A DNA stretch of 51,657 bases, taken from contig JAZBOW010000229.1 of assembly GCA_036351335.1 (NCBI GenBank), forward strand, positions 1 through 51,657. The letters are read 5' to 3'. Shown in pieces: positions 18,560 through 28,176 of the stretch. The notes below the pieces were generated by a model. That model was given only the letters and a program-made list of their open reading frames with translations. It was not told where the DNA came from and made no database searches. The stretch comes from Bacteroidales bacterium (GTDB lineage: Bacteria; Bacteroidota; Bacteroidia; Bacteroidales; F082). The position numbers and the translations under genes were made by a program. Position 1 is the stretch's first letter. Each line of letters starts with the position of its first letter.

Positions 18560-19555
18560 CTATGCCATGATGCGGAACCTGTTTTGAAGATCTCTAAGAC
18601 GTTCTAAAAGTAGTGAAAATGGTAAAGAATCCCCATAGATCATATACTCTTGCATATTCATATAATCAGCTTCAAAAGCCTGTATTAATTTATCGGGCGG
18701 AATGAAACTAATTTGACTTGGGCTATGCGAACCGTAATCCACTTTACTTAAATGTGCATATTTTTTCCGGTGTGCAACAATTGAATTATAAAGATCCAAA
18801 TCTTCAAGAGCACTGGTACCATGTATAGTGTCCATCATTCTTTCAAGGTCATATAAATGCCTGCTTTTCCTTTCTAATAGCATCTTTTTTGCAGGACGTT
18901 GAAACTCTTCATGCAACAGAAAGACTTTTTCAAGAAAAGTCCTTTTTGGTAAAACAATGGGAATATTTATGGGTGTATCTGCAAAATTTTGTGCAGCAAA
19001 TGTTTCTCCCAAAATTGATTGTATGGGCCGTGTCATTGTTGGCTCGATCAGTGATCGGGAACCAATTTCAATCAATACCCTGGGTATCAGATAATCAGAT
19101 TTTTCTGTTAGTGAATCGTAATAAAGCTGCACTTCAACCGGATCCGTATCTGATGCCTCATACGCCTTGACGGAAAGTTCAAATTTTGAAATTCCCATAT
19201 CATGCAACCTCTTTTCAAGTTGCCCGGTAAATTCTGTGCTTATAGAATCACATGATGCTTTGCGTAGCCTTCTTATTTCTCCTTTTGTTAATTCACCTGC
19301 AAAACCAAGTAATGACCTGTCCATGGCCAGATCAATGTCTTCTGAAAATCTTTCAATCAAATTCCATCCTTTACTAAGTGATGTGCCTCCTTTGAATATA
19401 ATTTGCTTTGAGAAGGGTAATGTAAATACAGCATTTAATGCTAACGTGACCCACCAATCTTTTTCAATGGCAGCTGGGGGTAAGCCCGTTTGATTACTCA
19501 TCTGGTTAAATATATCCTGCTTTCTTGGCCCGTTTATTTCGTAAAATGTTTTCAT
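18560..19555 (-). CDS. abiEii: AbiEii/AbiGii-family nucleotidyltransferase toxin (type IV TA / abortive infection)
   Basis: 331 aa. It has the NTase motif IFKGGTSLSKGWNLIERFSEDIDLAMD typical of DUF1814/AbiEii. It starts 2 nt after the upstream AbiEi-like gene. Confidence 0.85.
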   Translation of the reverse strand: MKTFYEINGPRKQDIFNQMSNQTGLPPAAIEKDWWVTLALNAVFTLPFSKQIIFKGGTSLSKGWNLIERFSEDIDLAMDRSLLGFAGELTKGEIRRLRKASCDSISTEFTGQLEKRLHDMGISKFELSVKAYEASDTDPVEVQLYYDSLTEKSDYLIPRVLIEIGSRSLIEPTMTRPIQSILGETFAAQNFADTPINIPIVLPKRTFLEKVFLLHEEFQRPAKKMLLERKSRHLYDLERMMDTIHGTSALEDLDLYNSIVAHRKKYAHLSKVDYGSHSPSQISFIPPDKLIQAFEADYMNMQEYMIYGDSLPFSLLLERLRDLQNRFRIMA

Positions 19556-19557
19556 AA

Positions 19558-20169
19558 TTACTTTCTGTTATCATGAGTGTCCTTCATAATCTTTGCTATC
19601 CATGCCGGGGCTAATTTGGCATCATGAGTTATATTTTCAGGTTTTTCTTTTTGTAGTAGTTCATGAATCCTTGCTCGTTGTTCTTTTGTTAAATTATCCT
19701 TGCCGATCGCACGCAAAGCTTGGATAACCAGGCTACTTATTTCGCCTTTGGCCATCAGGTTTCTGGGCGTTGTTTTTTTAAACTTAATACTTCTTTTTCC
19801 AATCTGAACTTTTCTCGGTGCGCCATCTGTTAAATAAATGATGTTCATAGGCACCTGGCTTGAAAGTCCTAATTTATTGAGTGCATGGATACCTGTTGGA
19901 ACTATACGGGCATGATCACGCCTGGCAATGGCTTTGGCAACCTCTTCAGCGGAAGGGTATAATATGCCAAGTTCTTTATCATGGTTTGGATAAAGATAAA
20001 TGCCATGTGCAAGACGAACCAGATAGCCTTTTTTATGTAACCTGTGTAATGTTTGTCTTATGGCTTCTGCACTGCCAAGATCATCAAAATCTTCAGGAAA
20101 GAATATCATTCCTCTCTCGTAGGCTTTTATTTTATCAAGTATTCCTGTATCTGATCTAACTTTTGCCAT
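19558..20169 (-). CDS. abiEi: AbiEi-family antitoxin / transcriptional regulator
   Basis: 203 aa. The N-terminal winged-helix-like segment IRQTLHRLHKKGYLVRLAHGIYLYP and its position directly upstream of AbiEii support the call. Confidence 0.75.
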   Translation of the reverse strand: MAKVRSDTGILDKIKAYERGMIFFPEDFDDLGSAEAIRQTLHRLHKKGYLVRLAHGIYLYPNHDKELGILYPSAEEVAKAIARRDHARIVPTGIHALNKLGLSSQVPMNIIYLTDGAPRKVQIGKRSIKFKKTTPRNLMAKGEISSLVIQALRAIGKDNLTKEQRARIHELLQKEKPENITHDAKLAPAWIAKIMKDTHDNRK

Positions 20170-20184
20170 TTACTTAGTTTTAGT

Positions 20185-20234
20185 AGCTGTCTCAGCTCTA
20201 TTATATGTCACAAATTTAGCATATATTTGTGACA
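20185..20234. promoter_or_regulatory. AbiE promoter/operator candidates: two inverted repeats overlapping a minus-strand -7 box
   Basis: agctg-tct-cagct lies at 20185-20197. A perfect 10-bp IR, tgtcacaaat (20206-20215) / atttgtgaca (20225-20234), is also present. The plus-strand caaattta at 20211-20218 reads TAAATTTG (TAnnTTTG) on the minus strand, about 42 nt upstream of the abiEi ATG. Confidence 0.5.
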
Positions 20235-20256
20235 AATACACATCTTGTGATACATT

Positions 20257-20468
20257 TTACAAACGCCAAACCTTCCCAATCCTATCCTTTATCTTCTGCT
20301 CGTAAATGGCAATAAGCTGTTTGTTGACAACAATTAAACTGTCCCCTCCAATTTAATTTCACCATTAAGAATTTTTTGAATTACTTCTTCTGAGGAACGA
20401 TATTTCCCAATCGGAATATCTTCCAGTTTAAATGTATTAGTATGTTCGTTAATATGGCACATTCTCAT
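20257..20468 (-). pseudogene. Possible decayed small gene (two frames)
   Basis: Hand translation gives MRMCHINEHTNTFKLEDIPIGKYRSSEEVIQKILNGEIKLEGTV*. It continues in another frame as IVVNKQLIAIYEQKIKDRIGKVWRL*. No family recognised. Confidence 0.25.
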
Positions 20469-20569
20469 ATTATTACTTAGCTGAAAAGTCAACATAACAT
20501 GAAATTAGAAAAATCAATAAAACTAGGATATACAAATTGTGTTTAATTATTTTTTTAAGATAACTTCCT

Positions 20570-21328
20570 TTATAGATTAAGTATCTCGGATTCATAATTA
20601 AAATAGTCGAAAAGAGATTTCCTGGAGAAATTTGTCAGGCGTTTTGTATGCTGAATTGTACATTGTTTATGCGTTATAAATTTTTCAGTTTCCTCAATTA
20701 AATGATCTAAAAAGTCTTGTTCTGGCAAAACTTTATTTATTAGCCCCATCTTATAAGCTTCCTCAGCAGTAAAAAACTCTTTCATTTGAAACTCCATAGC
20801 CACTGAATGGTGAAGTGCACTAGAAAGAAAAAAAGGTAAACCACCACTTGGATGCAGCCCATATTTATTATGAGCCATGATGTATTTTGTTCCTTTCCGG
20901 GCATAAATAAAGTCAGCAATAAGAGCTATTCCAACAAAAGGTGTTACAATAGAACCTTGTGTACCCGAAACAACAATAATGTTAAGGTTTGCCAGGGATT
21001 TAATGAAGCGATTCAGAATATGGATCTCACGAAACCTGACATTTTTTTCACAAAAGCTTGGTGTAAATGATTGAACATCTTCCTTTGTTTTGTGCATAAT
21101 TCGCTTTAAGAATTTATCATATTGCTCCTCATTAACACAATCAGGATCATTATAGAATACGAGTGCTTTGATTTCAGTATCACTCGAAATGTTTTCAAGA
21201 AAATCCATTAACTTACCACTTAGATCGATATCAGAAATAAAGTCAAAAACATTTCTTTTAATCCTGACAATCAAAATTGCATCTTTTCTGGATATTTCGA
21301 AAAACTCAGTTGAAGTTATTGTTTCCAT
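20570..21328 (-). CDS. Divergent crotonase-fold (enoyl-CoA hydratase/isomerase superfamily) protein
   Basis: 252 aa. Crotonase core pattern: VVSGTQGSIVTPFVGIALIADFIYARKGTKYIMAHNKYGLHPSGGLPFFL ... VAMEFQMKEFFTAEEAYKMGLINKVL. The canonical PE(x3)GLxP glutamate position reads AH, while the second catalytic Glu context (AME) is kept. Confidence 0.7.
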   Translation of the reverse strand: METITSTEFFEISRKDAILIVRIKRNVFDFISDIDLSGKLMDFLENISSDTEIKALVFYNDPDCVNEEQYDKFLKRIMHKTKEDVQSFTPSFCEKNVRFREIHILNRFIKSLANLNIIVVSGTQGSIVTPFVGIALIADFIYARKGTKYIMAHNKYGLHPSGGLPFFLSSALHHSVAMEFQMKEFFTAEEAYKMGLINKVLPEQDFLDHLIEETEKFITHKQCTIQHTKRLTNFSRKSLFDYFNYESEILNL

Positions 21329-21384
21329 AATCCGTTGTTTTTAGAAGTATTTACTAAATTATAACATTTTTCAATAAACTGTAT

Positions 21385-21687
21385 CTACATGAAACCTTGT
21401 AGCCAATAGATATATCCCGCATAAAAATTGGAGGTATCAAAGTCTTCATTATAATCATTTACTTTTTTATTAATATTATTGATGAGGTCTTCTATACTTT
21501 TTATTTGTAATTCGTCTTCTTTTGTTAACTCGATTTTAAATTCATCTTCAACCTTATTAAACATTTCAGCTAAATCAGTAGAGTAAAAATTCAGATCCTC
21601 AATAAATTTTAGCTTCCTGGAGAGTTTGTTTTTTTTACATCCTGCAATTCTCGAAATTATTACCAATACCTTATGTATGATCTTCAT
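21385..21687 (-). CDS. Acyl-carrier-protein-like protein with aromatic C-terminal extension
   Basis: Starting at the internal Met (MKIIHKV), which avoids overlap with the upstream gene. FIEDLNFYSTDLAEMFNKVEDEFKIELTKEDELQIKSIEDLINNI aligns with the ACP pattern (DLGxDSLDxVEL..EEEFxIEI), with Ser at the phosphopantetheine position. Confidence 0.55.
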   Translation of the reverse strand: MKIIHKVLVIISRIAGCKKNKLSRKLKFIEDLNFYSTDLAEMFNKVEDEFKIELTKEDELQIKSIEDLINNINKKVNDYNEDFDTSNFYAGYIYWLQGFM

Positions 21688-21697
21688 TATAGAATAA

Positions 21698-21991
21698 TTA
21701 TACCGTTTTTTCAACATCCCAAACAAATGCACGAACCCCTTGTTGTTCTGCAATTTTGTTTAATTCTTCAATTTTTGTCAATAGTGGTTCTACTTTCTGA
21801 TCTTCAATTATTGTCATAATGGCTGAATTTAAGGCAGGCCAGGTATGAGTTCCCATGTGAGGCTCTCCATTAAGCGACCCTCTTCCTTTAACATCAGTCC
21901 ATTGTGTAAAGCCCCTAATTTTCAAACTATCTAATATTTCATTAATCTTTTCTGTCAGCGCTTGATTATATGATATAAATACTGCTTTCAT
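21698..21991 (-). CDS. Small PII-like transporter-associated protein (I recall a Bacteroidota family named after P. gingivalis PG0541)
   Basis: 97 aa. Its start abuts the RND permease stop (21991/21992). The alpha/beta pattern MKAVFISYNQ...GFTQWTDVKGRGS resembles that family. Confidence 0.55.
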   Translation of the reverse strand: MKAVFISYNQALTEKINEILDSLKIRGFTQWTDVKGRGSLNGEPHMGTHTWPALNSAIMTIIEDQKVEPLLTKIEELNKIAEQQGVRAFVWDVEKTV

Positions 21992-24900
21992 TTATACGAG
22001 ATTTAATTTGTTATTAGAATTTTCATTTTTTCTTAAGGATGCTTTTCTCCCTTTCTTTGCTCTTGCTGCACCAAATATGCTATATATAACAGGAACAAAT
22101 ATGAGAGTTACCATGGTTGAAAATAATAATCCACCGATTATGGCAACACCCATTGGTCGCCACATATCAGAACCTTCACCCTGGCTTAATGCCAAGGGCA
22201 ACATGCCAAGCATGGTTGTAAATGTTGTCATTAAAACAGGCCTTAACCTTGATTTACCTGCTAATATTACTGCCTTGGTGAGCCGGGTACCCCTATCTCT
22301 CATGAGGTTTGTAAAATCAATCATCACAATTGCATTTTTAACAACAATTCCTACCAGCATGATTCCGCCAATAAGTGAAATTACATTAAGTGTAATGCCA
22401 GTTATGTACAAAGCCAGGATAACACCTGTAAATGCAAATGGAAGAGAAAGCATTATAATAAACGGTTCTCTGAAAGATTCAAATTGAGATGCCATAACAA
22501 TATACACAAGAACAATACTAAGGATTAATAACAATCCTAAATCCGTAAATGATTCTTCCATATCTTTAGCTGAACCCCCTATTTCAGTATCTATGTTTGA
22601 AGGTATATCCATATTGGTAAGTTCTTTTCTGATTTTGGATGTTACGGTTCCTAAATCAACATCTTGAATTAATGCCGAAACACTTACCACACGTACCCTG
22701 TTTTCTCTTGTAATAGTTGGGGGAGAATAAAATTGCCCTAAAGTAGCGACCTCTTTTAGCTTAATATTAAACCCTCTCGGTGTTTTAATATTTATATTTT
22801 CTATATCTTGAACAGAAGTCTTAAACTCATCAGCATATTTAACAATTACATCATATTCATTTCCTTCTTCTCTGAATTTTGTAGCTGTTAATCCATTAAT
22901 CCTGTTCCTTATGTTTGAAGCAACAGTTGCCGTATTTAGTCCGTAAGCAGCCATTTTATCCCTGTCGAAACTAATTTGTAGTTCCGCTTTTTCCTGGCTT
23001 CTGTCCATAGTAACATCCCTTAAACCATCAATTTTTTTCATTCGCTCTGAAAGTTCCTCTGCAACAATACCGGTTTCATTAAAATCGTAGCCAAATATTT
23101 TAACTTCTATATTATTTTCACTACCCATTCCCATCATTGATCCTATTTTACTATCACCAACATAGTATGAGGCTATTTCAGGGAATTTGTCGAGGTCTTC
23201 TCTAAGCAAATCGCTTATCTCAAACTTGCTTCTTTCCCGCTCTGATTCGAGTGAGAGCCTGAATGTAAAATTGATGATATGTGAAGCGGATTCTTGAAAA
23301 ACTGTTAATATACTACCACCTTCTCCGGCTCCCATATTCGTAGATATCAATTCTATTTCAGGGTATTTTTCATTAATAATTTGTTCAATTTGTCTGGCAA
23401 CTTTTTTAGTTTCATCTATTCTTACACCCTGATTAAGTTCAATACTTGCAGATATACGGGCATCATCGGCAGGAGGCATAAATTCTGTACCAACTAACGG
23501 AACAAGAGCAAAGCTAGCAACAAACACCAGTACGGATATTGATATTACAATTACTTTATGCCTGAGTGACCACTTTAAAATACTTTCATATAAATTATCA
23601 ACTTTTCCCCAAAAGGAATTTAACTTCTTAACAAAACCTTTTGGCTCTTTATACTTTCGCGTCTTTAATAGCTTTGAAGAAAGCATTGGTGTTAATGACA
23701 GCGCTGCTATAGTTGAAACTGTTACAGTAATTGTTACAATCCATCCAAGCTGGTTGAATAAGATACCTGTCATGCCACCAATTAAGGTCATCGGAAAGAA
23801 AACAGCAACTACAGTTAGTGTTGTAGCAACTACAGCAAGTCCTACTTCATTTGTACCATAAATAGAAGCTTCTTTCGGATAACTGCCTTTCTCAACATGT
23901 CGTGTAATATTTTCTAATACAACAATGGCATCATCCACTACCATTCCAATAGCAATTGACAGTGCTGATAAGGAAATAATATTTATTGTATTACCTGATA
24001 TGAATAGATAGATAAATGCGGCGATTAAGGAAACAGGAATTGTTAAAATTATGATGAATGTAGCGCGCCACCTACCGAGAAAGAATAAAACAACCAGTAT
24101 AACAAAAATACCGGCAAACATTAAAGTAGTTGCCAGGTTATTAATTGATCTTGTGATAAAATCAGAACTGTCGAAGATTGTTTCTACAGTTATATCAGGT
24201 GGTAACTCTTTAGTTAACTCATTTAATTTTTTATTTACATCTTCTGCAATACTAACAGTGTTAGCACCCGACTGTTTTTGGACCATAATGCGTACGCCCA
24301 GCCTGCCATTGGTTCTTTCATCAACTGTTAATTTTTTAATTGTATCAGTAATTGATGCAACATCGTTAAGAAAAATTACCTTACCATTAAAATTGCCAAT
24401 TACAATATTTTTTATCTCATCGCTTGTAGTAAATTCACCCTGAACCCTTAATGGGTAATCTGTCATTCCCATTTCAATATTCCCTGATGGAAGGTTGAGA
24501 TTTTCTGCTCTTATTATACCGCCAAGTTGCTCAACACTAAGATTATATGCTTCAAGTCGTCTGGGGTCAACTTCAATAAGTACTGATCTTATCGGCCCAC
24601 CCATTATTGAAACCGAACCAACCCCATCAATCCTGTTCAAAGGATTTACTATTTTTTCATCAAGTATTTTTCTTATGGCAGGATAACTTTCATTTGCGGT
24701 AGCTGATAACATTAAAATTGGTACCATATTGGAACTAAATTTAAAAACTGCCGGTTTCTCAGCGTCTTCCGGTAAGTATCTTTCAACCATGCTAATTGCG
24801 TCTCTGATACTGTTTGCTGCTTCATCCAAATTTGTTCCCCACTCAAACTCAAGCATTATTAATGAAACATTGTCTTTTGAGCGGGATATAACCGTTTTTA

Positions 24901-25129
24901 AATTGCTTATCGTGTTTAACCTATCTTCTAATCGCTTTGTGATATTTTGTTCAATTTCTGTAGCATTTGCCCCCTGATAAAATGTAAATACACTTACAAT
25001 TGGTGGTTCAAGCTCGGGGAACAAATCAATCGGAACGTACAACATTGAATAAATTCCCATTACTACAACTCCAACAAAAACCATTAATGTAGTGATCGGT
25101 TTTTTGACTGCTGTGCTATATAAACTCAT
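21992..25129 (-). CDS. RND efflux transporter permease (AcrB/HAE1-type)
   Basis: 1045 aa with the duplicated 6-TM plus large-loop architecture. Conserved TM4/TM10-type segments: GMVVDDAIVVLENI and GIVVKNAIVMIDF. Confidence 0.95.
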   Translation of the reverse strand: MSLYSTAVKKPITTLMVFVGVVVMGIYSMLYVPIDLFPELEPPIVSVFTFYQGANATEIEQNITKRLEDRLNTISNLKTVISRSKDNVSLIMLEFEWGTNLDEAANSIRDAISMVERYLPEDAEKPAVFKFSSNMVPILMLSATANESYPAIRKILDEKIVNPLNRIDGVGSVSIMGGPIRSVLIEVDPRRLEAYNLSVEQLGGIIRAENLNLPSGNIEMGMTDYPLRVQGEFTTSDEIKNIVIGNFNGKVIFLNDVASITDTIKKLTVDERTNGRLGVRIMVQKQSGANTVSIAEDVNKKLNELTKELPPDITVETIFDSSDFITRSINNLATTLMFAGIFVILVVLFFLGRWRATFIIILTIPVSLIAAFIYLFISGNTINIISLSALSIAIGMVVDDAIVVLENITRHVEKGSYPKEASIYGTNEVGLAVVATTLTVVAVFFPMTLIGGMTGILFNQLGWIVTITVTVSTIAALSLTPMLSSKLLKTRKYKEPKGFVKKLNSFWGKVDNLYESILKWSLRHKVIVISISVLVFVASFALVPLVGTEFMPPADDARISASIELNQGVRIDETKKVARQIEQIINEKYPEIELISTNMGAGEGGSILTVFQESASHIINFTFRLSLESERERSKFEISDLLREDLDKFPEIASYYVGDSKIGSMMGMGSENNIEVKIFGYDFNETGIVAEELSERMKKIDGLRDVTMDRSQEKAELQISFDRDKMAAYGLNTATVASNIRNRINGLTATKFREEGNEYDVIVKYADEFKTSVQDIENINIKTPRGFNIKLKEVATLGQFYSPPTITRENRVRVVSVSALIQDVDLGTVTSKIRKELTNMDIPSNIDTEIGGSAKDMEESFTDLGLLLILSIVLVYIVMASQFESFREPFIIMLSLPFAFTGVILALYITGITLNVISLIGGIMLVGIVVKNAIVMIDFTNLMRDRGTRLTKAVILAGKSRLRPVLMTTFTTMLGMLPLALSQGEGSDMWRPMGVAIIGGLLFSTMVTLIFVPVIYSIFGAARAKKGRKASLRKNENSNNKLNLV

Positions 25130-25137
25130 ATTTTATT

Positions 25138-26193
25138 TTATTTTACTATTTCAACAGGGGTTTGATCCATTAACTTAGAATGCCCTTCAATAATAAGTTG
25201 TTCATTTTCAGAAAGCCCTGATACGATTTCAAGCTTATCTTCAAACATCTTGCCGAGGTAAACTGTTTTTCTTGTTGCTTTCCCGTCTTTATAGACAAAA
25301 ACATATCTTTCATTTGTGCCAGTTTGCTTCATTACAGCAGTTGATGGAACAATTAATGCTTCAGCAGTACCAAGTTTTAGTATAACTCTTGCAAACATGC
25401 CGGGGCGTAATAATTTATCTGGATTTGGAATTGTATTTTCAACAGTAAATGTTCTGGTCATTTTATCAATTACAGGATATATTTTATAGATTGTACCTAT
25501 AAATGACTTATCAGGATATATGTCGAGCTTAATGTTACTTTTCATCCCTTTTTTTAGAACAGGAAAATACTTTTCTGATACTCCGAAAAGTACTTTTACT
25601 TTATCAATATTCATAATTGTAACAATAGCGCCTTTTCCTCCTGTTTCTGGGTTGGGTGCCATCGAGAATATTTCTCCGTCCTCAATATACTTTCCTGTAA
25701 TTATACCATTGATAGGGGATTTTACTTCAGTGTTTCTTTCAAGAAATTCCACATTGGTTTTAGCGATTTCATATTGTGCATTCAATTGGTCGTATTTTTG
25801 CTGGGCAATAGAACCTGCTGCCAATAAAGTATCCATTCTTTGCCTGTCTTGCTTAAGTGTTTCCAATTGAATTCGTGCCTGCATTAGTTTTGTTCGGTCA
25901 AATAAAGCAATAAGCTGGCCTTTCACAACTTTATCACCCACCTCCACATAAAGCTTTTCTAACTGCCCCGGGGTTGCTGCACCGAGATGTGTTACCTCAA
26001 AAGCCTCAATTGTACCCGTATATTCCAGCGTATTGTCAATGGTTGTTATCTGAACTTTTTCAACCCTGACAAAATTGATCTTTTGCTCAATATTCGAGTT
26101 TTGTTTTTCGTTATCTGAATTACTGCATGATGAAAGTATCAGCATATTCAGAAGGAGTAAACTTATTAAATTGTTACGTGTCATTTTTATCAT
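25138..26193 (-). CDS. RND efflux periplasmic adaptor (membrane fusion protein), lipoprotein
   Basis: 351 aa. It has the lipobox LILSSC, a lipoyl-like hairpin region ATPGQLEKLYVEVGDKVVKGQLIA, and a coiled-coil segment. It lies 8 nt upstream of the permease. Confidence 0.9.
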   Translation of the reverse strand: MIKMTRNNLISLLLLNMLILSSCSNSDNEKQNSNIEQKINFVRVEKVQITTIDNTLEYTGTIEAFEVTHLGAATPGQLEKLYVEVGDKVVKGQLIALFDRTKLMQARIQLETLKQDRQRMDTLLAAGSIAQQKYDQLNAQYEIAKTNVEFLERNTEVKSPINGIITGKYIEDGEIFSMAPNPETGGKGAIVTIMNIDKVKVLFGVSEKYFPVLKKGMKSNIKLDIYPDKSFIGTIYKIYPVIDKMTRTFTVENTIPNPDKLLRPGMFARVILKLGTAEALIVPSTAVMKQTGTNERYVFVYKDGKATRKTVYLGKMFEDKLEIVSGLSENEQLIIEGHSKLMDQTPVEIVK

Positions 26194-26227
26194 CTTTTCT
26201 TAATATCATTAAATCTATCATGCATAT

Positions 26228-27538
26228 TTATAGGGTATTAAACAACTTCTGCAAGGCTATTTCAGCTTCTAATAACCTCATTAAAGCCGTAATATAATTC
26301 GTTTCAGCGCTTAAATAATTGTTGTTTGCTGTTGTAAGATCCAAACTTGAAATAAGTCCCTGGTTATATTTCAGAGATAAACTACCGAACACCCTTTTGG
26401 AAACCTCGACATTCTTTTTCTGGCTTTCAAACTGTTCCATGGCTGTTCCTAAATTAAAACGCAATTGTTTTTCCTGAAGAAACAACTGCTCTTCTAACAA
26501 TTCTTTATTATTCATTATAGTTTCATACCTGATTTTTGCCTGCCCCACTTTTGCTTTACGCATTCCACTACTAAAAATTGGGATACTTGCTTTTACACCG
26601 ATAATATCTGACGGAGACATGTCAAACGCAGGAACAATCAATTTTTCGGTATGCCTGTAAAATCCTGTGATTGTTGGCAGATAATTCATTTTCTCCAATG
26701 TTACCTGTTTTTGTATCATCTCTTCCCGCGTTAGCATTAATTGGTAATCCAGGTTATTTCCTAGGTTAAAAGGAAAGACCATAGTTGTTTCAAAATGTAG
26801 GTCTTCTAATATCTCATCCAAACCCTGTGTTAATGTGAATGGTGTATTTGCGCTTAAGCCTAAGTAAAACCGCAGCATATTATATGCTAATTCAACTTGC
26901 CTGTCAGCAGATTTTAATGCATTTTCCAACATAATAACTTGTACAGAAAGTTGGTCTGCATCGGTTTGTTCTAACATGCCAACGCTAACTAACCCTTCTG
27001 TCTGAATGTAAGTTTCATCCAAGTTCTCAAGCGTACTTTGTATAATTTCTCTTGTTTTTTCAGCAACAAGAATCATATAATACGATTTTGTAACCTCTTC
27101 TATTATATCCTGTCTGCTTTTTTCATACTCGGTTACAATCGATGACTTATAAAGTTTTGCTATCTGAAGACCAACTAGGTAATTGCCACTAAAAATTAAC
27201 TGACCGACAGTAAGTTCCAAATTACTGGTAGGGTCAAAAGGGATAGTTGTAGGAGGAGCATCTTCTGTAAAACTGATTTGTATTTCTGCTCCCAAAAAAT
27301 TTGAATAGTCAACAGCCGCATTTACTTGGGGTAGTCCAATTGCAACCGATTCTCTAATAAACTGTTTAGACTCTTCGATTTTAAGCTCAGCATTTTTTAC
27401 TATCAAATTATACTTAATCGCATGATTAATTGCACTATCCAGCGATAAGTTAATTATTTGTTGTGCAATAACTTCTGCATTGAAAAATAAAAGCACAGCA
27501 ATAACTACAGGTTTAAACAATTTCATTTCAAAATTCAT
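26228..27538 (-). CDS. TolC-family outer membrane efflux protein
   Basis: 436 aa with a signal peptide and two-fold repeat of a coiled-coil-rich OEP pattern. It is first in the transporter gene order. Confidence 0.9.
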   Translation of the reverse strand: MNFEMKLFKPVVIAVLLFFNAEVIAQQIINLSLDSAINHAIKYNLIVKNAELKIEESKQFIRESVAIGLPQVNAAVDYSNFLGAEIQISFTEDAPPTTIPFDPTSNLELTVGQLIFSGNYLVGLQIAKLYKSSIVTEYEKSRQDIIEEVTKSYYMILVAEKTREIIQSTLENLDETYIQTEGLVSVGMLEQTDADQLSVQVIMLENALKSADRQVELAYNMLRFYLGLSANTPFTLTQGLDEILEDLHFETTMVFPFNLGNNLDYQLMLTREEMIQKQVTLEKMNYLPTITGFYRHTEKLIVPAFDMSPSDIIGVKASIPIFSSGMRKAKVGQAKIRYETIMNNKELLEEQLFLQEKQLRFNLGTAMEQFESQKKNVEVSKRVFGSLSLKYNQGLISSLDLTTANNNYLSAETNYITALMRLLEAEIALQKLFNTL

Positions 27539-28133
27539 TTATTTTGTTCTCTATTAATTTATGTCCTTTAATTGTAGAAATACCTATTAAACTTATGATC
27601 ATAGAATTGAGAAATACAGGATCAGTAATATTTCTTTCTGGTAAAAGCGTTCCGCTGATAATGGAATTCATTCTTCGTATGTGTAAACTGAAAATCATTT
27701 TCTCATCTAAGTCGTCCCTAAATATTCCCTCTTCTTTGCCTTGCTTCAGCAGGTTTGTTATCATAAAGCCAAGTTCTTTCTCCCTGAACTCTGTAAACAG
27801 TTCATAAATATCAGAATGATATTTTTTTATATCGTATAAAAACCTTGGGTTGCACGTATGGAATTGTTCAAGAAGGTGCTTGTAGATTTTCAATATTTTC
27901 TCGATGACATTTGTATTGTCCTCAATAATTTTTCTGTTTGCCAATAGGTTCTGCTTAATAAAATCTATTGAAACCACTTTAATAACATCATCCTTATTTT
28001 TAAAGAATTGATAAAACGTTTTTTTTGATATTCCGAGATGATGTGAGATATCATCAACCGAAATGCTTCTTATCCCGTACTTAAAAAACAGGTTTAAACA
28101 ACCGGTAGTAATTTTATCTCTATCAATACTCAT
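27528..28133 (-). CDS. TetR/AcrR family transcriptional regulator
   Basis: N-terminal HTH FKYGIRSISVDDISHHLGISKKTFYQFFKNKDD. It overlaps the TolC gene by 11 nt. Confidence 0.85.
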   Translation of the reverse strand: MSIDRDKITTGCLNLFFKYGIRSISVDDISHHLGISKKTFYQFFKNKDDVIKVVSIDFIKQNLLANRKIIEDNTNVIEKILKIYKHLLEQFHTCNPRFLYDIKKYHSDIYELFTEFREKELGFMITNLLKQGKEEGIFRDDLDEKMIFSLHIRRMNSIISGTLLPERNITDPVFLNSMIISLIGISTIKGHKLIENKINEF

Positions 28134-28176
28134 AAAACTATTGTGTTTTCTAAAGTTTTCATTTTAACAAAAAAAA

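Noticed and set aside
20546-20568. Short AT-rich similarity (a)aagataacttc(c)tttata shared by 20546-20568 and 34081-34102. A related ttaaagataac lies at about 33175.
   Set aside because: It is about 22 of 24 nt with an indel, in very AT-rich DNA. One copy overlaps a stop codon region. I cannot distinguish it from chance or a shared RBS/terminator context without statistics.
21688-21753. Upstream extension of the ACP-like ORF (MQNNKGFVHLFGMLKKRYNYSI).
   Set aside because: It overlaps the 3' end of the PII-like gene by 56 nt. The internal Met at 21687 leaves a 10-nt gap and a normal ACP length before the tail.
22008-22487. 159-aa ORF antisense to the RND permease. Similar cases are 24051..24443, 24495..24686 and 24729..24977.
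   Set aside because: They lie entirely inside a strongly supported 1045-aa RND gene on the opposite strand. Their low-complexity, Ile/Ser/Leu-rich translations are typical of antisense frames in AT-rich DNA.
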